DNA of 63,916 nucleotides from positions 19,058,407-19,122,322 of the forward strand of contig CM119268.1 of assembly GCA_051294375.1 (NCBI GenBank). The letters are read 5' to 3'. The stretch is from Paraspadella gotoi (lineage: Eukaryota; Animalia; Chaetognatha). This document shows positions 26,439 to 36,654 of the stretch, piece by piece. How positions within the stretch are numbered: position 1 is the stretch's first letter; every line of letters begins with the position of its first letter. Below the pieces are notes generated by a model. It worked only from the letters and a program-made list of their open reading frames with translations. It was not told the DNA's origin and did not search any database. The position numbers were made by a program, and so were the translations under genes.

Positions 26439-27341
26439 TCAGACGTTAGTGGCTCCGCTTCCTCTCCTCTGTCCGATGGACGGGCTGGCGCCGTTAGCGG
26501 ACCCACCGCCGCCGCCGCCGCCGCCGCTGTTGAAGAGATTGGCGAATAGGCTGACGGCCGCCGCCGCCGGCGATTTAGGCGACTTGGGAGACGGCGAAGG
26601 TGATGGCGAAGACGTCGAGGCGCCGCCCATCGGAGATGCCGCGACGCCGGAGGTCCCCCGCGACGGCGTCGTCGAGCGCGAAGAAGAAGAAGCGGCGCCG
26701 ACGCCGAAAGCAGCGCCCACGACGCCGGAGAGAGTCGTCGTCGGCTCGATCCGACGAGCGCCGCGACGCCGATCGTCGTCGTCGTCGTCGTCGTCTTTCG
26801 TTTCCCCGTCGGGTGATGCGGTGACGGTGTCGTTTTGTGACAGATGATGACAGGTTTGATGCTGCTGTTGCGTCGATGCTGCGGTCGCCGCCGATGTCGT
26901 CGTCGTCGTTGTTGTTCTTTTGTTAACCGAGGATGATGCTCTGTTGGCCGAACCGGAGGAGGAGGAGGAGGAAGAAGAGAAGGGGAGGATGTTGTGATGA
27001 GGGAAAGAGGAAGTGATGGAGGAAGAGGATGATGGAGTAGGGGAGGAGGAGGCGACGATGGAGACGGAACGAAGAGGCTCGACTTGGATCACGGTCGACG
27101 TCCGGTGATGCTTCACCGTCGTCGCCGTCGTCGTCGTCGTACCCATCGCCTCCGCCAGGTAAAATGGAACCGTGGGATAAAAGGTGCTGAAATAATTGTT
27201 TGGTCGTTGTTGCTGTTGTTGTTGTTGTTGTTGTTGTAGTAGTATTGGGTCGATGGTCGTCGAAGAGGCAACTCCCGTAAGAGTCGAGGGATGTTGAAGT
27301 ATTCCCCCCGACTCCGCCCCGCCCTCTCTCGAGCTTGGTTG
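26439..27341 (-). CDS. Candidate stop-codon-readthrough extension of CaMKII (300 aa, QPSSREGG...GQRRGSGATNV*)
   Basis: In frame with, and directly after, the CaMKII TGA (27344-27342). No stop until 26441-26439. Includes the 235-aa ORF of the track. Exon-like GC and trinucleotide composition. Confidence 0.6.
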   Translation of the reverse strand, partial: QPSSREGGAESGGILQHPSTLTGVASSTTIDPILLQQQQQQQQQQRPNNYFSTFYPTVPFYLAEAMGTTTTTATTVKHHRTSTVIQVEPLRSVSIVASSSPTPSSSSSITSSFPHHNILPFSSSSSSSSGSANRASSSVNKRTTTTTTTSAATAASTQQQHQTCHHLSQNDTVTASPDGETKDDDDDDDDRRRGARRIEPTTTLSGVVGAAFGVGAASSSSRSTTPSRGTSGVAASPMGGASTSSPSPSPSPKSPKSPAAAAVSLFANLFNSGGGGGGGGSANGASPSIGQRRGSGATNV

Positions 27342-27400
27342 TCACTTGGGGAGCATTGCAGTTCCCGATCGGTGAAAGTGGATGCATTGCCAGATCCCAT
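27342..27400 (-). CDS. CaMKII: CaMKII exon 10, end of hub domain: (D)GIWQCIHFHRSGTAMLPK*
   Basis: ctttttttccgcag| acceptor, phase 1. Matches the conserved DGKWQNVHFHRSG C-terminus. Confidence 0.93.
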
Positions 27401-27459
27401 CTGCGGAAAAAAAGAGCGGTGGATGGGAGGGGGGCAGGAAGTCGATTTAAATTCCTTAC

Positions 27460-27474
27460 TGATTCCAGTTCCAT
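27460..27474 (-). CDS. CaMKII: Candidate 15-nt CaMKII microexon (adds DGTGI in hub beta-turn)
   Basis: Strong pyrimidine tract + taccag| acceptor, ATGGAACTGGAATCA, then |GTAAGG donor. Phase 1-1 with a 59-nt downstream intron. Confidence 0.55.
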
Positions 27475-28220
27475 CTGGTAAAAACAAAGGAGAAAAGGAG
27501 AAAATAAGAGAAAGAGGCGGAGAGTCTTTTGAAAGGGGAAGATAATTGGGCGGAAAGATGAATGGAAAGATGAAAATATGATTAAAAGTGAGAAATTTTG
27601 AGATATATAAAAGGTATTTAGAGGAGACGAGTTGCGTAATATTACTTATTGATAAACATACGTAATCGTTATGGGAACGGATAATTTTAAAACAGAACCT
27701 CACGTGACGGAATTAACAAAACCGAGTGTTGATCAATCGGTCATTTAATTTGTCAGCTCGACAATTTGTCAATTCGTCAGTTCGCCAGTTCTTCAATTCT
27801 TCAAATTGACTGTTCATCAGTTCGGCAGTTCGTCAGTTCTTCAGTTCGCCAATCGGCCCTAAGCACATCTTGGTGACTTCTTTTTGCTAAATAAACAAAT
27901 TCCTTCTTTTTTCCACTCGAAATCAAAAAATTAAATTTTACCGAAATGAATATTTTATGAAAATGACTTTTTCCGCCTCCGCCTTCTGTTAAGTCGAATT
28001 GAATTTATCTCTTTCGTCTCTGGTTTTATCATCAAATTTTCATGAAGAGGAAAAATTTTTTTTTTCAATTTCATTGTTTATTTTTAATTGCTGTTTTGTT
28101 TCCTTTGTTTTCTGAAACAAATATTCAATGACATCCTCTGAAGTTTGCTTTATAGCTAACATCTTTCCTTTACTAAAAACCAAGTCCTTTTTTAAGGTAT
28201 TTTTAATTTTTTGTAAAAAT

Positions 28221-29404
28221 TTTGTATATGGTGACAATTTTACAAGCGCCGGTAAAAAAACGCTGTCATTTGCAAACCAGTGGTTATTTCATTGGTTTTA
28301 AAAATTAGTTGAGTAGAAAATATTAAAGTCATTTATATGTTCAAATTTTAAATTGATCAGTTAAGATATGCCTTGACAATGAGTGGAGAAAGTTGGCTTG
28401 TAAAATCGGGTTTCATTTTCCCACTCAATTTTTTTAGATTCAATTTTTTTTCTTACTTTCAGTAAGTTTTCTGAAGAAATTTGAAATAAAAAAAAATTAA
28501 TATTATTATCTTCTGAAAGCCCTTTCAAATCTAAAGAGAATGGCATACTTACAAATACTGTAGTATAAAATTTAACCGGCCCAGCTTTTATTTAATTAGG
28601 ATACTCAAAAACAAGATATCTTTCCAAAAATCAATAGCTGGAGGGTAAATTTAAGATTTTTATTTAGACAAAGTTTGAAAAATAATTTCATCAACGATTT
28701 TAATTATGTACGGACATGTTGTCTCTTTAATTTCGAGTCATCATCAGCGTTGAAGACTCGAAAATAAAGAGTTGAAACATGTCCGTACATAAATAAAATC
28801 GTTGATGAAATTATTTTTCAAACTTTGTCTAAATCTCTAAACTCAACGAAGCTGAAAGGATTAATACAATGTCTACAAAGATTTTTATTTTATTTTTATC
28901 AAATTGTGATTGGCTATCTTAAATCTCTTTTTTTCAGGCTCTTTCATGATACTTATCTAAATAATAATATTTTATGTTTTAAAAATTTAAACAGGTCATA
29001 TATTTTAAAAAAAGATTTAAAACTTTAGATAATTAACTTTTGACTCTTTTAATTTTTATGTTAGAGCTTTCGTAAGTATATCATTCTCTTCATTTTTTAA
29101 GGGCTTTCTGGGGATATTAATATTGTTAATACCTTAATAAATACTTTGTTTAAAAAAGTGCTAAAATTTGAAGAAAAAAAATTAAATTTAAAAACAGTGA
29201 GTTGGAAAATGAAACCCGATTTTACTAGCCAAATTTATCCACTCATTGTCAAGGCATATCTTAACTGATCAATATAAAATTTGAATACATAAATGACTTT
29301 AATATTTTCTCCTCAACTAATTTTTAAAATCAATGAAATAACCACTGGTTTGCAAATGACAGCGTTTTTTTACCGGCGCTTGTAAAATTGTCACCATCTA
29401 CAAA
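28221..29404. mobile_element. Foldback/MITE-like element with >200-bp inverted repeats in the last CaMKII intron
   Basis: 28221-~28430 is the reverse complement of ~29197-29404 (atggtgacaattttacaagcgccggtaaaaaaacgctgtcatttgcaaaccagtgg...). Confidence 0.85.
28662..28834. repeat. Second hammerhead-centred palindrome, nested in the foldback element
   Basis: Arms atttagacaaagtttgaaaaataatttcatcaacgatttta...cggacatgtt and aacatgtccg...aaactttgtctaaat. Core related to 15446-15634. Confidence 0.9.
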
Positions 29405-29771
29405 GTTTTCAAATGATTAGCTGAAAGTGGAAAATTTGGATTCGTCAAAGTTGTTTAAAAAATTCCTACATTAAGCAGTTAAAAAATGATAAAAACATAA
29501 TTTGAGCTTCAAGTCGAATTTTTGTATCATAAATTAGGTTCTTTTTTTAATGTTTAACCTACTTCATGAAAGAAGGAAAGTATTTTTTTATATATCTACC
29601 TTTGACAAGGTATTCAAATCTGCAATAATAACTAAAATTAAAAAGATAAAACTTCAAAATAGTTTTAAGGACATTACTTTATATTAATGCAAAAAAATTC
29701 AATATAAACATAAAATAGAGTTTATCTTTAAAGTAGCCACCTCCCTAACCCCATAACGACCCCCCATTTAC

Positions 29772-30090
29772 CTTTCCGCTGCCAGACTCGCGTTTCCTCC
29801 GTTCTGCTCGTCTGCGGACAGCCGGTCTTGTCGATGAACTGAACCAGCCTGACGTAGGCGATGCAGGCGGCGTCCTCGCCCAACAAGTGGACGTGGGGGT
29901 TAAGGATGGTGGTGTGAGTCGCTCTCAGCGACTTGAAAACCCCTGAGTCGAAGTAGAACTTGTGAAAGTCTATTCCCTCCACCAGGTTTCCCATGGCCTC
30001 TGGCTCGAAGCACGTCAAATCCGAACAGTTCATTTTCACGTAGGTATCAAAATCTCCGCTCGCGATCGCGTCCAGGAGGTTCTCGGTGAC
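29772..30090 (-). CDS. CaMKII: CaMKII exon 9, association (hub) domain
   Basis: [20 protein letters not shown]...[20 protein letters not shown]...[22 protein letters not shown]...EETRVWQRK. aaag| acceptor, G|GTAAAT donor. Confidence 0.97.
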
Positions 30091-30239
30091 CTTTTGGAGG
30101 GCGGGGAAGAGAGAGGAAGGGAGGGAAAAGGGGGAGAAAGGAACGGAGAAAACAAGGAACGGTTATTCCAAGGTGTTGCGCCGCATTACTTTTCTTTTTA
30201 CTTATCATGTCATTTATTCCTTATAATTTATAAGATTTC

Positions 30240-30435
30240 TTTAAAAAACAAAAAGCGGCGCCAGTAGTCGCTCAAATTTGATTTTTAACAAATGTGCAAC
30301 AAACTATAGGCAAGTTATAAGCATTTTTAACGTAAGTGGGACAGATCGACGGACAGATATACCGACCGACGGACCGACGGACCAAAAAGTGACTTTTAGA
30401 GTTGCTCCGCGAGTACTCGCGGCGCAACTAAAAAA
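30240..30435 (+). mobile_element. HINE-like short element (same 3' hairpin as 2055-2438)
   Basis: gacggaccgacggaccaaaaagtgacttttagagttgctccgcgagtactcgcggcgcaactaaaaa. A degenerate end also occurs at about 51255-51312. Confidence 0.6.
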
Positions 30436-30599
30436 GGGAGGATGGAGGGAGAATGGTTTTTAATTGGTGACGCAGCAATTGGGTTCGATAAGAAATCGAA
30501 GAGGGAGAAAAATTAGGAGCAGAGAGAGACGAGAACAGAGAGGAGAGAAAAAAGGGGAAGGATAGAGAGAAATAGAGGATAGGATAGAGCGAGCAAGTA

Positions 30600-32902
30600 T
30601 GTCATCCTTCAGAATCGCCTCCCCCGGGGTCGCTTCTAGGAACGGCCCCGCGGGGTGGCCCGCGGGACGGCCCCGGGGGGCAAGCAAATCCTTACTGCCT
30701 ATTTTTTTGGGCCCCAAGGGGCCACTCCAGGGGGAATCCCCCAGGGGCTAGAAAAACCTTTCCCCTGGGGGCTACCCCCAGGGGGATGAATTTGACTGCC
30801 CCCTGGAATGGCTCTCTCTCCCTCCTATTTCTCTCTCCCTCTCATCTCTCTCTCTCTCCCTCTCTCTCTCTTTCTCTATCTCTTCTCTTTTTCATCTTTA
30901 ATTAAAAATAAAATATAAAAATAAAAATAATATTTTTCACTTCAATTAATCAATCAATGAACCAATAGCTGCGCCAACACAATATGCATAATTTGGTCAA
31001 CTTTTAGAATTTGGTAAACTTTTAGAATTTGGTAAACTTTCATAATTTGGTAAACTTTCATAATTTGGTAACTTTCATAATTTGGTCAACTTTCATAATT
31101 TGGTCAACTTTAACAATTTGGTCAACTGGCATAATTTGATAATTTTTTTTATAATTTAGTCAACTTGCATAATTTGGTTAACCTTCATAATTTGGTAAAC
31201 TTTCATAATTTGGTCAACTTTCATAATTTGGTCAACTTTAACAATTTGGTCAACTGGCATAGTTTGGTCATTTTTTTAATAATTTAGTCAACTTGCATAA
31301 TTTGGTTAACCTTTATAATTTGGTAAACTTTCATAATTTGGTAAACTTTTATAATTTGGTAAACTGTCATAAATTTGGTCAACTGTCATAATTTGGTCAA
31401 CTGTCATAATTTGGTCAACTTGCATAATTTCGGCTCAACTTGCATAATTCGGGTCAACTTGCATAATTTGGTCAACTTTGCATACATTGGTCAACTTGCA
31501 TAATTGGCAACAACTTGGATAATTTGGTCAACTTGCATAATTTGGTCAACAATCAACTTAACAATTAGCTAATTATTAATTTCATCTGTAAGAAATAGAA
31601 AGAGAGAAAGAGTAAAAACAAATTTTTAATAAAATTCAAGTAAATGAAATTGTACAACAATATAAAAATTATCCATCATTTAATAAATAGAGCTATCTTG
31701 GCCCCTGACTTTGAACAGGCTTTGGTGGTTTAAGGCCTCCATCACTCTTACAAGATAATGACATAGCAGATCCCTGCAAGCTTTCAATCAAGACTCTTTC
31801 ACAGTCTCGTTTATTCACCTCCCAGAGTAACCTGGCTTCCCTATCAATGAAGTGGAAAATATTTCAAAGAATGTTTCAATTGTATGAAAAGACCACTCCT
31901 TTAAGTATTAGATCGGGGAATACTTATTGTACTCCGCACTAGCATCAAAATACAAGGAGCTGAATTTTATGAAATTGGTACAACCATATAAAAATTATCC
32001 ATTCATTTAATAAATAAGCTATCTTGCCCCTGACTTTGGACAGGCTTTTGTTTTTTCCATTAAAACTCACTTTCACTTGCACACTTTTCTATCCACAACA
32101 CAAAATTTTATCTTAATTCATCTATAAAATTTTAAAATAGTAGAAATAAAGTAGTAAGGATGGTTTTAATTAATTAATTAATTAACTAATTATTAATATT
32201 AGTCTTTAAGTCTGTCCCAAATTAGCATTAAACTCAAATTATTTGTGATTAGATATATGGATTGGAATGAAATCTTGTGTGTGGGTAGAAAAGTATGTGA
32301 TTGAGCTAGATATAAAGTTTTGCTCACTCTCTCTCTCGAACCATCAGCCTTTCCTCAACAACATGAGGCAATCTACAAACTGACAATTAATAATTACAAA
32401 TCTTAAATTAAAAAAATTTATTTTACGATGTATTACATAAAACAAGTCTTGAAAGATAGAGAGAGAGAAAGAGATAGAGAGAGAGAAAGAAAGAGAGAAA
32501 GAAAAAGAAAGAGAGAAAATGAAAAAGAGAGAAAAAGAAAGAGAGAGAGAGAGAGAGAGAAAGTGAGAGAGAAAGAGAAAGAGAGAAAGAGAGAGTAACA
32601 GACAGGGAGAGATATTCTCAGATACAATAACATTGTCAGAAAGTATATTTTCTTATCTAAACTTTGCTCTCTCCTTAACTCGTCCCTGGGGGAGCGCTTT
32701 TTTGCTCCCCAAGGGGTTACCCCCAGGGGCAGACTTTTTTTGCCCCTAGGGGGCCGCCCCGGGGGGGTTCCCCCTGGGGCAAACATTTTGGGTCTATTAG
32801 GGGCGCCCCCTCAATGACCATTTTGCTGCTCCCCCTGGAATAGTCTGCCTCCGGGGCCGCCCCTAAAGCCACCCCGCGGGGCAGAGGATTTGGGAGATGA
32901 CA
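30600..32902. mobile_element. Composite TIR element with GC-rich ends (TGTCATC...GATGACA, TA flanks) containing nested repeats
   Basis: Degenerate inverted termini with many CCCCNGGGG palindromes (30600-30810 and 32680-32902). Interior has the 18-bp minisatellite and family B fragments. Confidence 0.55.
30985..31550 (+). repeat. 18-bp minisatellite (ataatttggtcaactttc/tgc), ~30 units
   Basis: Tandem array of the same unit as 8210-8490 and, inverted, 62850-63295. Confidence 0.95.
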
Positions 32903-33069
32903 TATCTCAGAGCGAGAGTGAATTATGGTGAAGAGTGCGTTTGAGAGAAGATTGAGAAATGGCTTCTCGGAAAATAGAGGATTGATTGAGTCGTGGGGAA
33001 AGTAAAGAGGAAGAGGAAAAAGGAGAAATAAAAATATAGAAAATAAAAAAAGAGAAAAAATTAAAGTAA

Positions 33070-33133
33070 GAGAAAGAAAGAAAGAAAGAAAGATAGAAAG
33101 AAAGAAAGAAAGAAAGATAGAAAGAAAGATATA

Positions 33134-33208
<75 letters not shown>
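33070..33208. repeat. (GAAA)n microsatellite
   Basis: Tetranucleotide run. Others at 46330-46860 and 57310-57445; (GATA)n at about 35110-35180 and 57780-57866. Confidence 0.9.
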
Positions 33209-33396
33209 TCAGTCGTTCAATACTACAAGCGACAGATATTTGTGGACAAGGCATCCGTCCTTTTTGGCTCCGGGCTTTCGTGAGATTGCCTCCTTTGATT
33301 AGAATGGGAAACGGAAGAGACAGAATGAGAAAAAGTGAATGAGTGAGAGAGAAAGAAAGAGAAAAAGAGAGAGATTGATAGAGATAGAGAGAGATA

Positions 33397-33456
<60 letters not shown>

Positions 33457-35108
33457 TAGAGATATTGATATTAAAAATAGGAGTATAGCTTTAGGCCAGT
33501 TTTCCAAACTACCTCAAAAAGCTACTTTATCGAACATAGAATTTAACACGATCCTGTTACTTTAAACAATTAATTATACTTCAAAAATTATAAAATTATA
33601 AATTATAAATTATAAAAAATAATAAAATTGTTATAAAAAATTTAATCATAATGATATTTTTTAGAAACCTTTGTCTTCACAACAGTGCAGTGTAACCCTC
33701 CCTCAAAAAAAAGTACCTGTAATTGAATAATGAAAGAGTTGTCCCAAAAAGCATCTGCGAGACCCCAAAAATAACAGACAATTTCATCTTTAAGGGGTGA
33801 ACTTAGGTAATATTTTGCCTGATTAACTGAGCAAAGTGTTACTGAAATTTCTGAATCAAAATATTTTGCTTATATTTATTTTTAAAGATAAATAAAACAA
33901 TATATTTTCTTTTATTGTTTTAATTTCGTTATCAACTATATTTTCAATTTGTTATTAGTTATTACTATATTTTAAGCCCAAAAATGCTTTTCCCAGATGG
34001 CATGAAATATGAGTATCAGCATTAAGTACGTAAACTACTTGGCTACTACCAGAGCCAGAACCAATAAAATTATTAAAGAAGATTAATTCATTAATTCAAA
34101 AATGTTTTGTATCTTATTTAGAATGTCAAAGCTCATTAGAATTCTTTGCAGTATATTCAATACCTCCCTAGCTGATTATATTAAAAAATTCGAGCTCGAT
34201 ATAAAAAGAAATATCCTATGGATATGATTTTCAAATAAAAAAAATATAAAAAAATTCTCCTTCTATTTTTATATCATTAACAAAGATTTTAACTCAAAGT
34301 AAAAAATGACATTCTTGAACATACTGAAAAATGTTTATCTTAATTAAAAACAACTATACAATAGACTCCAACCCCTGTCACCAAACACCAAATACCAAAA
34401 ACCAAACATATTTTTAGCTATTAATTTTTTGTAATAAAATTATTTTATCTTTCTTTAAAAATATTTGGGCTAAAACTAATTGAATTTCAATGTTGAGCAA
34501 ATTAAAGATTTATGTTTGATAAAGATTTTGTTTAAAAATTAATACCGAAAAATATCCTATTTTGTTATTTTTTTAATTTTATATGAAAATTTGCAAAATT
34601 ACTTGTTTCACTATCTTATATTTTTATATTTTATAAATGTTTTACTATTTAAACTATATTATTTAATTATACATATATTACTTTTTGAAAATATTATTTG
34701 CTTATTATATCTAATAACTCATTTTGGGAGGGGGAGGTCAGTGTTGTCTTCTGGAAATAGAGGGAGCATCTATACAACACAAGGTTAGACTACAATAGAA
34801 TACAATTAGACTACAATATTTAATTTACTATCATTTGGCTTCAAATTATTAAAGATAACCTTTCCCTTTTAAATCTTAGCAAATTAGTTTATCAGTTATA
34901 CCTTAGTTTTAAAGATCCTTTCCTCAATTAAAAATTACCTACTTTTATTCAGTTAACTACTAGGTAAACCAAAAAATTGTCTATTACCTATTTAAGAAAA
35001 AATCTTTGCCTAAGTTCACCCTTTACTTCTAACTACTTTTTGTACTTCAATTTTACTTCAAGCTAAAGAGAGAAAGAAAGAAATAGAAAAAGAGATATAT
35101 AAAGAGAC

Positions 35109-35178
<70 letters not shown>

Positions 35179-35282
35179 GGATAGACAGATAGTTCAAAAA
35201 TAAAAAAAGAAGTACAATAAACGTCGTTAAAGGGAAGCAACGGACATTACCGACAGACAAAGGGAGCGACTGACCGACTCAC

Positions 35283-35413
35283 TTTAACTATTTCTTGCTT
35301 CCTTCCTTTGACATCGTCCTCCTCGATGGTGTTGGCCGAATCGTGCGACTCTTTGACTCCAGCCGATCCGTCCTTCTGAACCGTCGACTTCTGAGACGAA
35401 GACGGGGCCCGAG
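35283..35413 (-). CDS. CaMKII: CaMKII exon 8, linker and start of hub
   Basis: (A)RAPSSSQKSTVQKDGSAGVKESHDSANTIEEDDVKGRKQEIVK. cgcag| acceptor phase 1, AAA|GTGAGT donor. Confidence 0.93.
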
Positions 35414-35608
35414 CTGCGCGTGGGAAGAGGGGGGAGAGGGGGGCGGAATGGGAGAGGGTAGAGGGAGGAAAAAGAGAAGAGGATGGGGAGAGAAGGATAA
35501 TATAGAAAATAAAGGGGGTTAAAAGAAAGTAAAAGAGGAAGAAATAAAAAAAGAAAGGAAAAAAGAGGAGGGAGAATGAGAAGATAAAAAATGGGATGAC
35601 AGCGTCTG

Positions 35609-35685
<77 letters not shown>

Positions 35686-36584
35686 CCACCTGCCGTCAAG
35701 AATAAATTATAATCTTGGTTGCAAAATCGATTTTTCGTCTCCATCGACGATAATAAACATTGATACTAACTAATCAGAATTTTTTTTTTTTTTGTGAACC
35801 GGAGGTTAAGCCAAGGCCGAAATAAAGAGTGGAAATATGAGGAAGCCTCACCATCACGAGAACGATGTTTAATTTGTTCATTATTCAAGTTAATCAAAAT
35901 TCGGATATTTACAACCTCAGGCTCTTTATTCGTCGCTCTCTGTGACATTATATATGATAATATATTTATATTTGATACAATCGATTCTCGCTTTAGTGTG
36001 ATTCGGTTGTTCGTAATTCTGTAAGCGTGAGAAAAAGGCTGACCACTACTCATCGATTGGAAAGAGAGAGATAGAGTGCGAGACAGATAAAAAGAAGAAG
36101 AGAGAGATAGAGTGCAAGACAGATAAAAAGAAGAAGAAAGGGAAGAAGAAAAATAAAATTCAAAACTAATCTCATTAAAACCATTTTTTAATTGTTCGCA
36201 GTATTTTGAGGAAGTGATTATTTTGCCACTAAGCGAGAGATAAACAAGAGCGTAAAGTTGTGCTATAGAGAAACTTATGTTTTTTTTCTTTCTTTCTTTC
36301 AATTGATTATTAATTTATGTATCACGACGATAAAACCATCGTTAAAACAATGTTTCTAACATTTTCGAGTAATATTAAATTGTAGTATTTACCATTTAGT
36401 ACATTTATTCCAATAAAATTAGTTACTGGTTTCAATATCTCTGCAACAAAAAAAGTATATGGATTCAAGAAAATTTATTAAAATAAAGTTCTATTTTGGA
36501 CAATTATTAAAAGCTAAAACAATGACATTCTGGCGATGTGTCCAGAATTTCAGGAAGTGTGTGATAGAAAGAGAGAGAGAGAAA

Positions 36585-36654
<70 letters not shown>

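Noticed and set aside
26439-27146. 235-aa ORF as an independent single-exon gene
   Set aside because: Its ATG is only about 200 nt after the CaMKII stop, with no promoter, and the frame is open right back to that stop. It is better explained as a CaMKII extension.
27342-27344. Genome-wide TGA reassignment or selenocysteine
   Set aside because: The conserved Trp codons checked are TGG, no TGA interrupts conserved domains, the TGA is at the normal CaMKII C-terminus, and no SECIS was recognised by eye (a SECISearch run would be needed to exclude one).
30985-31550. CRISPR-like array
   Set aside because: Head-to-tail units with no unique spacers, no cas genes, and a eukaryotic context.
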